A stretch of DNA of 64,000 nt from the human T2T-CHM13v2.0 reference genome, Homo sapiens: the NCBI RefSeq assembly GCF_009914755.1, contig NC_060938.1. The stretch is one strand, 5' to 3'. Under the pieces are notes generated by a model. It worked only from the letters and a program-made list of their open reading frames with translations. It was not told the DNA's origin and did no database searches. Both the position numbers and the translations under genes were made by a program. Below, piece by piece: positions 28,101-41,258 of the stretch. Positions within the stretch are counted from its first letter, which is position 1; every line of letters begins with the position of its first letter.

Positions 28101-31100
28101 GCTCTGTCAATAGAAAGGTTCAACTCTGTTAGCTGCGTGCATATATCCCAAAGAAGATTCTGAGATTGCTTCTGTCTAGTTTTTATGGGAAGATATTTCC
28201 CTTTTCACCGTAGGTGTCAAGGCGCTCCAAATGTCCACTTCCAGATACTACAAAAAGAGTGTTTCAAACCTACTCTGTGAAAGGGAATATTCAACTCTGT
28301 GACTTGAATGCACATATCACAAAGAAGTTTCTGAGAATGCTTCTGTCGAGATTTTATATGAAGATATTCCCGTTTCCAACGAAATGCTGAAATCTATCCA
28401 AATATCCCCTCGCAGATTCTACAAAAAGAGTGTTTCAAAACTGCTCTGTGAAAAGAAAGGTTCAACTCTGTTAGTTGAGTACACACATCACAAACAAGTT
28501 TCACACAATGCTTCTTTCTAGCTTGTAGGGGAAGATATTCCCTTTATCACCATGGGCCTCAAACCGTCCGAAACATCCACTTCCCTATACTACAAAAAGA
28601 GCGTTTCAAACCTGCTCTATGAAAGGCAATGTTCAACTCTGTGACTTGAATGCAGACATCACAGAGCAGTTTCTGAGAATGCTTCTGTCTAGATTTTATA
28701 GGAAGATATTCCCGTTTCCAACGAAATCTTCACAGCTATCCAAATATCCACTTGCAGATTCTACAAAAAGAGTGTATCAAAACTGCTCTGTCAAAAGGAA
28801 GGTTCTTCTCTGTTAGGTGAGTGCATACGTCATAAAGGAGTTTCTGAGAATGTTTCTGTCTAGTGGTTATGGGAAGATATTTGCTTTTTCACCGTAGGCC
28901 TCAGAGCGCTCCAAATATCCACTTGCACATACTACAAGAAGAGTGCTTCAAAGCTGCTCTCTGAAACGGAATGTTCAACTCTATGAGTTGAATGCAAACA
29001 TCACAAAGACGTTTCTGAGAATGCTTCTGTCTAGATTTGATATGAAGATATTCCCGTTTCCAACGAAATCTTCAAATCTATCCAAATGTCCACTTGCAGA
29101 TTCAACAAAAAGTGTTTTTCAGAACTGCTCTATCAAAAGAAAGATCCACCTCTGTTAGCTGAGTTCACACATCACAAACAAGTTTATGAGAATGCTTCTG
29201 TCTAGTTTTTATTTGAAGATATTTCCTTTCTCACCATAGAGCTGAAAGCTGTCCTAATGTTCACTTCCAGATACTACAGAAAGAGTGTTTCAAAACTGCT
29301 GTACGAAAGGGAATGTTCAACTCTGTGACTTGAATGCACACATCACAAAGAAGTTTCTGAGGATGCTGCTGTCTACTTTTTATACGTAATCCCGTTTCCA
29401 ACGAAATCCTCCAAGCTATCCAAATATCCACTTGCAGATTCCACAGAAAGACTGTTTCAAAACTGCTCTGTCAATAGAAAGGTTCAACTCTGTTAGCTGC
29501 ATGCATATATCCCAAAGAAGATTCTGAGATTGCTTCTGTCTAGTTTTTATGGGAAGATATTTCCCTTTTCACCGTAGGCGTCAAGGCGCTCCAAATGTCC
29601 ACTTCCAGATACTACAAAAAGAGTGTTTCAAACCTACTCTGTGAAAGGGAATATTCAACTCTGTGACTTGAATGCACATATCACAAGGAAGTTTCTGAGA
29701 ATGCTTCTGTCGAATTTTTATATGAAGATATTCCCGTTTCCAACGAAATCCTGAAATCTATCCAAATATCCCCTTGCAGATTCTACTAAAAGAGTGTTTC
29801 AAAACTGCTCTGTAAAAAGAAAGGTTCAACTCTGTTAGTTGAGTACACACATCACAAACAAGTTTCACACAATGCTTCTTTCTAGCTTGTAGGGGAAGAT
29901 ATTCCCTTTATCACCATGGGCCTCAAACCGTCCGATAAGTCCACTTCCATATACTACAAAAAGAGCGTTTCAAACCTGCTCTATGAAAGGCAATGTTCAA
30001 CTCTGTGACTTGAATGCAGACATCACAGAGCAGTTTCTGAGAATGCTTCTGTCTAGATTTTATAGGAAGATATTCCCGTTTCCAACGAAATCTTCACAGC
30101 TATCCAAATATCCACTTGCAGATTCTACAAAAAGAGTGTATCAAAACTGCTCTGTCAAAAGGAAGGTTCTTTTCTGTTAGGTGAGTGCATACGTCATAAA
30201 GGAGTTTCTGAGAATGTTTCTGTCTAGTGGTTATGGGAAGATATTTGCTTTTTCACCGTAGGCCTCAGAGCGCTCCAAATATCCACTTGCACATACTACA
30301 AAAAGAGTGCCTCAAAGCTGCTCTCTGAAACGGAATGTTCAACTCTATGAGTTGAATGCAAACATCGCAAAGACGTTTCTGAGAATGCTTCTGTCTAGAT
30401 TTGATATGAAGATATTCCCGTTTCCAACGAAATCTTCAAATCTATCCAAATGTCCACTTGCAGATTCAACAAAAAGTGTTTTTCAGAACTGCTCTATCAA
30501 AAGAAAGATCCACCTCTGTTAGCTGAGTTCACACATCACAAACAAGTTTATGAGAATGCTTCTGTCTAGTTTTTATTTGAAGATATTTCCTTTCTCACCA
30601 TAGAGCTGAAAGCTGTCCTAATGTTCACTTCCAGATACTACAGAAAGAGTGTTTCAAAACTGCTGTACGAAAGGGAATGTTCAACTCTGTGACTTGAATG
30701 CACACATCACAAAGAAGTTTCTGAGGATGCTGCTGTCTACTTTTTATACGTAATCCCGTTTCCAACGAAATCCTCCAAGCTATCCAAATATCCACTTGCA
30801 GATTCCACAGAAAGACTGTTTCAAAACTGCTCTGTCAATAGAAAGGTTCAACTCTGTTAGCTGCATGCATATATCCCAAAGAAGATTCTGAGATTGCTTC
30901 TGTCTAGTTTTTATGGGAAGATATTTCCCTTTTCACCGTAGGCGTCAAGGCGCTCCAAATGTCCACTTCCAGATACTACAAAAAGAGTGTTTCAAACCTA
31001 CTCTGTGAAAGGAAATATTCAACTCTGTGACTTGAATGCACATATCACAAGGAAGTTTCTGAGAATGCTTCTGTCGAGATTTTATATGAAGATATTCCCG

Positions 31101-34100
31101 TTTCCAACGAAATCCTGAAATCTATCCAAATATCCCCTTGCAGATTCTACAAAAAGAGTGTTTCAAAACTGCTCTGTAAAAAGAAAGGTTCAACTCTGTT
31201 AGTTGAGTACACACATCACAAACAAGTTTCACACAATGCTTCTTTCTAGCTTGTAGGGGAAGATATTCCCTTTATCACCATGGGCCTCAAACCGTCCGAT
31301 AAGTCCACTTCCATATACTACAAAAAGAGCGTTTCAAACCTGCTCTATGAAAGGCAATGTTCAACTCTGTGACTTGAATGCAGACATCACAGAGCAGTTT
31401 CTGAGAATGCTTCTGTCTAGATTTTATAGGAAGATATTCCCGTTTCCAACGAAATCTTCACAGCTATCCAAATATCCACTTGCAGATTCTACAAAAAGAG
31501 TGTATCAAAACTGCTCTGTCAAAAGGAAGGTTCTTTTCTGTTAGGTGAGTGCATACGTCATAAAGGAGTTTCTGAGAATGTTTCTGTCTAGTGGTTATGG
31601 GAAGATATTTGCTTTTTCACCGTAGGCCTCAGAGCGCTCCAAATATCCACTTGCACATACTACAAAAAGAGTGCCTCAAACCTGCTCTCTGAAACGGAAT
31701 GTTCAACTCTATGAGTTGAATGCAAACATCGCAAAGACGTTTCTGAGAATGCTTCTGTCTAGATTTGATATGAAGATATTCCCGTTTCCAACGAAATCTT
31801 CAAATCTATCCAAATGTCCACTTGCAGATTCAACAAAAAGTGTTTTTCAGAACTGCTCTATCAAAAGAAAGATCCACCTCTGTTAGCTGAGTTCACACAT
31901 CACAAACAAGTTTATGAGAATGCTTCTGTCTAGTTTTTATTTGAAGATATTTCCTTTCTCACCATAGAGCTGAAAGCTGTCCTAATGTTCACTTCCAGAT
32001 ACTACAGAAAGAGTGTTTCAAAACTGCTGTACGAAAGGGAATGTTCAACTCTGTGACTTGAATGCACACATCACAAAGAAGTTTCTGAGGATGCTGCTGT
32101 CTACTTTTTATACGTAATCCCGTTTCCAACGAAATCCTCCAAGCTATCCAAATATCCACTTGCAGATTCCACAGAAAGACTGTTTCAAAACTGCTCTGTC
32201 AATAGAAAGGTTCAACTCTGTTAGCTGCATGCATATATCCCAAAGAAGATTCTGAGATTGCTTCTGTCTAGTTTTTATGGGAAGATATTTCCCTTTTCAC
32301 CGTAGGCGTCAAGGCGCTCCAAATGTCCACTTCCAGATACTACAAAAAGAGTGTTTCAAACCTACTCTGTGAAAGGAAATATTCAACTCTGTGACTTGAA
32401 TGCACATATCACAAGGAAGTTTCTGAGAATGCTTCTGTCGAGATTTTATATGAAGATATTCCCGTTTCCAACGAAATCCTGAAATCTATCCAAATATCCC
32501 CTTGCAGATTCTACAAAAAGAGTGTTTCAAAACTGCTCTGTAAAAAGAAAGGTTCAACTCTGTTAGTTGAGTACACACATCACAAACAAGTTTCACACAA
32601 TGCTTCTTTCTAGCTTGTAGGGGAAGATATTCCCTTTATCACCATGGGCCTCAAACCGTCCGATAAGTCCACTTCCATATACTACAAAAAGAGCGTTTCA
32701 AACCTGCTCTATGAAAGGCAATGTTCAACTCTGTGACTTGAATGCAGACATCACAGAGCAGTTTCTGAGAATGCTTCTGTCTAGATTTTATAGGAAGATA
32801 TTCCCGTTTCCAACGAAATCTTCACAGCTATCCAAATATCCACTTGCAGATTCTACAAAAAGAGTGTATCAAAACTGCTCTGTCAAAAGGAAGGTTCTTT
32901 TCTGTTAGGTGAGTGCATACGTCATAAAGGAGTTTCTGAGAATGTTTCTGTCTAGTGGTTATGGGAAGATATTTGCTTTTTCACCGTAGGCCTCAGAGCG
33001 CTCCAAATATCCACTTGCACATACTACAAAAAGAGTGCCTGAAACCTGCTCTCTGAAACGGAATGTTCAACTCTATGAGTTGAATGCAAACATCGCAAAG
33101 ACGTTTCTGAGAATGCTTCTGTCTAGATTTGATATGAAGATATTCCCGTTTCCAACGAAATCTTCAAATCTATCCAAATGTCCACTTGCAGATTCAACAA
33201 AAAGTGTTTTTCAGAACTGCTCTATCAAAAGAAAGATCCACCTCTGTTAGCTGAGTTCACACATCACAAACAAGTTTATGAGAATGCTTCTGTCTAGTTT
33301 TTATTTGAAGATATTTCCTTTCTCACCATAGAGCTGAAAGCTGTCCTAATGTTCACTTCCAGATACTACAGAAAGAGTGTTTCAAAACTGCTGTACGAAA
33401 GGGAATGTTCAACTCTGTGACTTGAATGCACACATCACAAAGAAGTTTCTGAGGATGCTGCTGTCTACTTTTTATACGTAATCCCGTTTCCAACGAAATC
33501 CTCCAAGCTATCCAAATATCCACTTGCAGATTCCACAGAAAGACTGTTTCAAAACTGCTCTGTCAATAGAAAGGTTCAACTCTGTTAGCTGCATGCATAT
33601 ATCCCAAAGAAGATTCTGAGATTGCTTCTGTCTAGTTTTTATGGGAAGATATTTCCCTTTTCACCGTAGGCGTCAAGGCGCTCCAAATGTCCACTTCCAG
33701 ATACTACAAAAAGAGTGTTTCAAACCTACTCTGTGAAAGGGAATATTCAACTCTGTGACTTGAATGCACATATCACAAGGAAGTTTCTGAGAATGCTTCT
33801 GTCGAGATTTTATATGAAGATATTCCCGTTTCCAACGAAATCCTGAAATCTATCCAAATATCCCCTCGCAGATTCTACAAAAAGAGTGTTTCAAAACTGC
33901 TCTGTAAAAAGAAAGGTTCAACTCTGTTAGTTGAGTACACACATCACAAACAAGTTTCACACAATGCTTCTTTCTAGCTTGTAGGGGAAGATATTCCCTT
34001 TATCACCATGGGCCTCAAACCGTCCGATAAGTCCACTTCCATATACTACAAAAAGAGCGTTTCAAACCTGCTCTATGAAAGGCAATGTTCAACTCTGTGA

Positions 34101-37100
34101 CTTGAATGCAGACATCACAGAGCAGTTTCTGAGAATGCTTCTGTCTAGACTTTATAGGAAGATATTCCCGTTTCCAACGAAATCTTCACAGCTATCCAAA
34201 TATCCACTTGCAGATTCTACAAAAAGAGTGTATCAAAACTGCTCTGTCAAAAGGAAGGTTCTTTTCTGTTAGGTGAGTGCATACGTCATAAAGGAGTTTC
34301 TGAGAATGTTTCTGTCTAGTGGTTATGGGAAGATATTTGCTTTTTCACCGTAGGCCTCAGAGCGCTCCAAATATCCACTTGCACATACTACAAAAAGAGT
34401 GCCTCAAAGCTGCTCTCTGAAACGGAATGTTCAACTCTATGAGTTGAATGCAAACATCGCAAAGACGTTTCTGAGAATGCTTCTGTCTAGATTTGATATG
34501 AAGATATTCCCGTTTCCAACGAAATCTTCAAATCTATCCAAATGTCCACTTGCAGATTCAACAAAAAGTGTTTTTCAGAACTGCTCTATCAAAAGAAAGA
34601 TCCACCTCTGTTAGCTGAGTTCACACATCACAAACAAGTTTATGAGAATGCTTCTGTCTAGTTTTTATTTGAAGATATTTCCTTTCTCACCATAGAGCTG
34701 AAAGCTGTCCTAATGTTCACTTCCAGATACTACAGAAAGAGTGTTTCAAAACTGCTGTACGAAAGGGAATGTTCAACTCTGTGACTTGAATGCACACATC
34801 ACAAAGAAGTTTCTGAGGATGCTGCTGTCTACTTTTTATACGTAATCCCGTTTCCAACGAAATCCTCCAAGCTATCCAAATATCCACTTGCAGATTCCAC
34901 AGAAAGACTGTTTCAAAACTGCTCTGTCAATAGAAAGGTTCAACTCTGTTAGCTGCATGCATATATCCCAAAGAAGATTCTGAGATTGCTTCTGTCTAGT
35001 TTTTATGGGAAGATATTTCCCTTTTCACCGTAGGCGTCAAGGCGCTCCAAATGTCCACTTCCAGATACTACAAAAAGAGTGTTTCAAACCTACTCTGTGA
35101 AAGGAAATATTCAACTCTGTGACTTGAATGCACATATCACAAGGAAGTTTCTGAGAATGCTTCTGTCGAGATTTTATATGAAGATATTCCCGTTTCCAAC
35201 GAAATCCTGAAATCTATCCAAATATCCCCTTGCAGATTCTACAAAAAGAGTGTTTCAAAACTGCTCTGTAAAAAGAAAGGTTCAACTCTGTTAGTTGAGT
35301 ACACACATCACAAACAAGTTTCACACAATGCTTCTTTCTAGCTTGTAGGGGAAGATATTCCCTTTATCACCATGGGCCTCAAACCGTCCGATAAGTCCAC
35401 TTCCATATACTACAAAAAGAGCGTTTCAAACCTGCTCTATGAAAGGCAATGTTCAACTCTGTGACTTGAATGCAGACATCACAGAGCAGTTTCTGAGAAT
35501 GCTTCTGTCTAGATTTTATAGGAAGATATTCCCGTTTCCAACGAAATCTTCACAGCTATCCAAATATCCACTTGCAGATTCTACAAAAAGAGTGTATCAA
35601 AACTGCTCTGTCAAAAGGAAGGTTCTTTTCTGTTAGGTGAGTGCATACGTCATAAAGGAGTTTCTGAGAATGTTTCTGTCTAGTGGTTATGGGAAGATAT
35701 TTGCTTTTTCACCGTAGGCCTCAGAGCGCTCCAAATATCCACTTGCACATACTACAAAAAGAGTGCCTCAAAGCTGCTCTCTGAAACGGAATGTTCAACT
35801 CTATGAGTTGAATGCAAACATCGCAAAGACGTTTCTGAGAATGCTTCTGTCTAGATTTGATATGAAGATATTCCCGTTTCCAACGAAATCTTCAAATCTA
35901 TCCAAATGTCCACTTGCAGATTCAACAAAAAGTGTTTTTCAGAACTGCTCTATCAAAAGAAAGATCCACCTCTGTTAGCTGAGTTCACACATCACAAACA
36001 AGTTTATGAGAATGCTTCTGTCTAGTTTTTATTTGAAGATATTTCCTTTCTCACCATAGAGCTGAAAGCTGTCCTAATGTTCACTTCCAGATACTACAGA
36101 AAGAGTGTTTCAAAACTGCTGTACGAAAGGGAATGTTCAACTCTGTGACTTGAATGCACACATCACAAAGAAGTTTCTGAGGATGCTGCTGTCTACTTTT
36201 TATACGTAATCCCGTTTCCAACGAAATCCTCCAAGCTATCCAAATATCCACTTGCAGATTCCACAGAAAGACTGTTTCAAAACTGCTCTGTCAATAGAAA
36301 GGTTCAACTCTGTTAGCTGCATGCATATATCCCAAAGAAGATTCTGAGATTGCTTCTGTCTAGTTTTTATGGGAAGATATTTCCCTTTTCACCGTAGGCG
36401 TCAAGGCGCTCCAAATGTCCACTTCCAGATACTACAAAAAGAGTGTTTCAAACCTACTCTGTGAAAGGGAATATTCAACTCTGTGACTTGAATGCACATA
36501 TCACAAGGAAGTTTCTGAGAATGCTTCTGTCGAGATTTTATATGAAGATATTCCCGTTTCCAACGAAATCCTGAAATCTATCCAAATATCCCCTCGCAGA
36601 TTCTACAAAAAGAGTGTTTCAAAACTGCTCTGTAAAAAGAAAGGTTCAACTCTGTTAGTTGAGTACACACATCACAAACAAGTTTCACACAATGCTTCTT
36701 TCTAGCTTGTAGGGGAAGATATTCCCTTTATCACCATGGGCCTCAAACCGTCCGATAAGTCCACTTCCATATACTACAAAAAGAGCGTTTCAAACCTGCT
36801 CTATGAAAGGCAATGTTCAACTCTGTGACTTGAATGCAGACATCACAGAGCAGTTTCTGAGAATGCTTCTGTCTAGATTTTATAGGAAGATATTCCCGTT
36901 TCCAACGAAATCTTCACAGCTATCCAAATATCCACTTGCAGATTCTACAAAAAGAGTGTATCAAAACTGCTCTGTCAAAAGGAAGGTTCTTTTCTGTTAG
37001 GTGAGTGCATACGTCATAAAGGAGTTTCTGAGAATGTTTCTGTCTAGTGGTTATGGGAAGATATTTGCTTTTTCACCGTAGGCCTCAGAGCGCTCCAAAT

Positions 37101-39556
37101 ATCCACTTGCACATACTACAAAAAGAGTGCCTCAAAGCTGCTCTCTGAAACGGAATGTTCAACTCTATGAGTTGAATGCAAACATCGCAAAGACGTTTCT
37201 GAGAATGCTTCTGTCTAGATTTGATATGAAGATATTCCCGTTTCCAACGAAATCTTCAAATCTATCCAAATGTCCACTTGCAGATTCAACAAAAAGTGTT
37301 TTTCAGAACTGCTCTATCAAAAGAAAGATCCACCTCTGTTAGCTGAGTTCACACATCACAAACAAGTTTATGAGAATGCTTCTGTCTAGTTTTTATTTGA
37401 AGATATTTCCTTTCTCACCATAGACCTGAAAGCTGTCCTAATGTTCACTTCCAGATACTACAGAAAGAGTGTTTCAAAACTGCTGTACGAAAGGGAATGT
37501 TCAACTCTGTGACTTGAATGCACACATCACAAAGAAGTTTCTGAGGATGCTGCTGTCTACTTTTTATACGTAATCCCGTTTCCAACGAAATCCTCCAAGC
37601 TATCCAAATATCCACTTGCAGATTCCACAGAAAGACTGTTTCAAAACTGCTCTGTCAATAGAAAGGTTCAACTCTGTTAGCTGCGTGCATATATCCCAAA
37701 GAAGATTCTGAGATTGCTTCTGTCTAGTTTTTATGGGAAGATATTTCCCTTTTCACCGTAGGTGTCAAGGCGCTCCAAATGTCCACTTCCAGATACTACA
37801 AAAAGAGTGTTTCAAACCTACTCTGTGAAAGGGAATATTCAACTCTGTGACTTGAATGCACATATCACAAAGAAGTTTCTGAGAATGCTTCTGTCGAGAT
37901 TTTATATGAAGATATTCCCGTTTCCAACGAAATGCTGAAATCTATCCAAATATCCCCTCGCAGATTCTACAAAAAGAGTGTTTCAAAACTGCTCTGTGAA
38001 AAGAAAGGTTCAACTCTGTTAGTTGAGTACACACATCACAAACAAGTTTCACACAATGCTTCTTTCTAGCTTGTAGGGGAAGATATTCCCTTTATCACCA
38101 TGGGCCTCAAACCGTCCGAAACATCCACTTCCCTATACTACAAAAAGAGCGTTTCAAACCTGCTCTATGAAAGGCAATGTTCAACTCTGTGACTTGAATG
38201 CAGACATCACAGAGCAGTTTCTGAGAATGCTTCTGTCTAGATTTTATAGGAAGATATTCCCGTTTCCAACGAAATCTTCACAGCTATCCAAATATCCACT
38301 TGCAGATTCTACAAAAAGAGTGTATCAAAACTGCTCTGTCAAAAGGAAGGTTCTTCTCTGTTAGGTGAGTGCATACGTCATAAAGGAGTTTCTGAGAATG
38401 TTTCTGTCTAGTGGTTATGGGAAGATATTTGCTTTTTCACCGTAGGCCTCAGAGCGCTCCAAATATCCACTTGCACATACTACAAAAAGAGTGCTTCAAA
38501 GCTGCTCTCTGAAACGGAATGTTCAACTCTGTGAGTTGAATGCAAACATCACAAAGACGTTTCTGAGAATGCTTCTGTCTAGATTTGATATGAAGATATT
38601 CCCGTTTCCAACGAAATCTTCAAATCTATCCAAATGTCCACTTGCAGATTCAACAAAAAGTGTTTTTCAGAACTGCTCTATCAAAAGAAAGATCCACCTC
38701 TGTTAGCTGAGTTCACACATCACAAACAAGTTTATGAGAATGCTTCTGTCTAGTTTTTATTTGAAGATATTTCCTTTCTCACCATAGAGCTGAAAGCTGT
38801 CCTAATGTTCACTTCCAGATACTACAGAAAGAGTGTTTCAAAACTGCTGTACGAAAGGGAATGTTCAACTCTGTGACTTGAATGCACACATCACAAAGAA
38901 GTTTCTGAGGATGCTGCTGTCTACTTTTTATACGTAATCCCGTTTCCAACGAAATCCTCCAAGCTATCCAAATATCCACTTGCAGATTCCACAGAAAGAC
39001 TGTTTCAAAACTGCTCTGTCAATAGAAAGGTTCAACTCTGTTAGCTGCATGCATATATCCCAAAGAAGATTCTGAGATTGCTTCTGTCTAGTTTTTATGG
39101 GAAGATATTTCCCTTTTCACCGTAGGCGTCAAGGCGCTCCAAATGTCCACTTCCAGATACTACAAAAAGAGTGTTTCAAACCTACTCTGTGAAAGGAAAT
39201 ATTCAACTCTGTGACTTGAATGCACATATCACAAGGAAGTTTCTGAGAATGCTTCTGTCGAGATTTTATATGAAGATATTCCCGTTTCCAACGAAATCCT
39301 GAAATCTATCCAAATATCCCCTTGCAGATTCTACAAAAAGAGTGTTTCAAAACTGCTCTGTAAAAAGAAAGGTTCAACTCTGTTAGTTGAGTACACACAT
39401 CACAAACAAGTTTCACACAATGCTTCTTTCTAGCTTGTAGGGGAAGATATTCCCTTTATCACCATGGGCCTCCAACCGTCCGAAACATCCACTTCCATAT
39501 ACTACAAAAAGAGCGTTTCAAACCTGCTCTATGAAAGGCAATGTTCAACTCTGTGA

Positions 39557-41258
39557 CTTGAATGCAGACATCACAGAGCAGTTTCTGAGAATGCTTCTGT
39601 CTAGATTTTATAGGAAGATATTCCCGTTTCCAACGAAATCTTCACAGCTATCCAAATATCCACTTGCAGATTCTACAAAAAGAGTGTATCAAAACTGCTC
39701 TGTCAAAAGGAAGGTTCTTTTCTGTTAGGTGAGTGCATACGTCATAAAGGAGTTTCTGAGAATGTTTCTGTCTAGTGGTTATGGGAAGATATTTGCTTTT
39801 TCACCGTAGGCCTCAGAGCGCTCCAAATATCCACTTGCACATACTACAAAAAGAGTGCCTCAAAGCTGCTCTCTGAAACGGAATGTTCAACTCTATGAGT
39901 TGAATGCAAACATCGCAAAGACGTTTCTGAGAATGCTTCTGTCTAGATTTGATATGAAGATATTCCCGTTTCCAACGAAATCTTCAAATCTATCCAAATG
40001 TCCACTTGCAGATTCAACAAAAAGTGTTTTTCAGAACTGCTCTATCAAAAGAAAGATCCACCTCTGTTAGCTGAGTTCACACATCACAAACAAGTTTATG
40101 AGAATGCTTCTGTCTAGTTTTTATTTGAAGATATTTCCTTTCTCACCATAGAGCTGAAAGCTGTCCTAATGTTCACTTCCAGATACTACAGAAAGAGTGT
40201 TTCAAAACTGCTGTACGAAAGGGAATGTTCAACTCTGTGACTTGAATGCACACATCACAAAGAAGTTTCTGAGGATGCTGCTGTCTACTTTCTATACGTA
40301 ATCCCGTTTCCAACGAAATCCTCCAAGCTATCCAAATATCCACTTGCAGATTCCACAGAAAGACTGTTTCAAAACTGCTCTGTCAATAGAAAGGTTCAAC
40401 TCTGTTAGCTGCGTGCATATATCCCAAAGAAGATTCTGAGATTGCTTCTGTCTAGTTTTTATGGGAAGATATTTCCCTTTTCACCGTAGGTGTCAAGGCG
40501 CTCCAAATGTCCACTTCCAGATACTACAAAAAGAGTGTTTCAAACCAACTCTGTGAAAGGGAATATTCAACTCTGTGACTTGAATGCACACAACACAAAG
40601 AAGTTTCTGAGGATGCTGCTGTCTACTTTTTATACGTAATCCCGTTTCCAACGAAATCCTCCAAGCTATCCAAATATCCACTTGCAGATTCCACAGAAAG
40701 ACTGTTTCAAAACTGCTCTGTCAATAGAAAGGTTCAACTCTGTTAGCTGCATGCATATATCCCAAAGAAGATTCTGAGATTGCTTCTGTCTAGTTTTTAT
40801 GGGAAGATATTTCCCTTTTCACCGTAGGCGTCAAGGCGCTCCAAATGTCCACTTCCAGATACTACAAAAAGAGTGTTTCAAACCTACTCTGTGAAAGGGA
40901 ATATTCAACTCTGTGACTTGAATGCACATATCACAAGGAAGTTTCTGAGAATGCTTCTGTCGAGATTTTATATGAAGATATTCCCGTTTCCAACGAAATC
41001 CTGAAATCTATCCAAATATCCCCTTGCAGATTCTACAAAAAGAGTGTTTCAAAACTGCTCTGTAAAAAGAAAGGTTCAACTCTGTTAGTTGAGTACACAC
41101 ATCACAAACAAGTTTCACACAATGCTTCTTTCTAGCTTGTAGGGGAAGATATTCCCTTTATCACCATGGGCCTCAAACCGTCCGAAAAGTCCACTTCCAT
41201 ATACTACAAAAAGAGCGTTTCAAACCTGCTCTATGAAAGGCAATGTTCAACTCTGTGA
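39557..41258 (-). repeat. HOR structural variant: 10-mer (1702 bp) with a tandemly duplicated 338-bp dimer and five CENP-B boxes
   Basis: The period jumps from 1364 to 1702 (39855 to 41557). The unit-unique TATACGTAATCCCG/GGATGCTGCTG segment occurs twice (boxes at 40302 and 40640). Confidence 0.97.
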
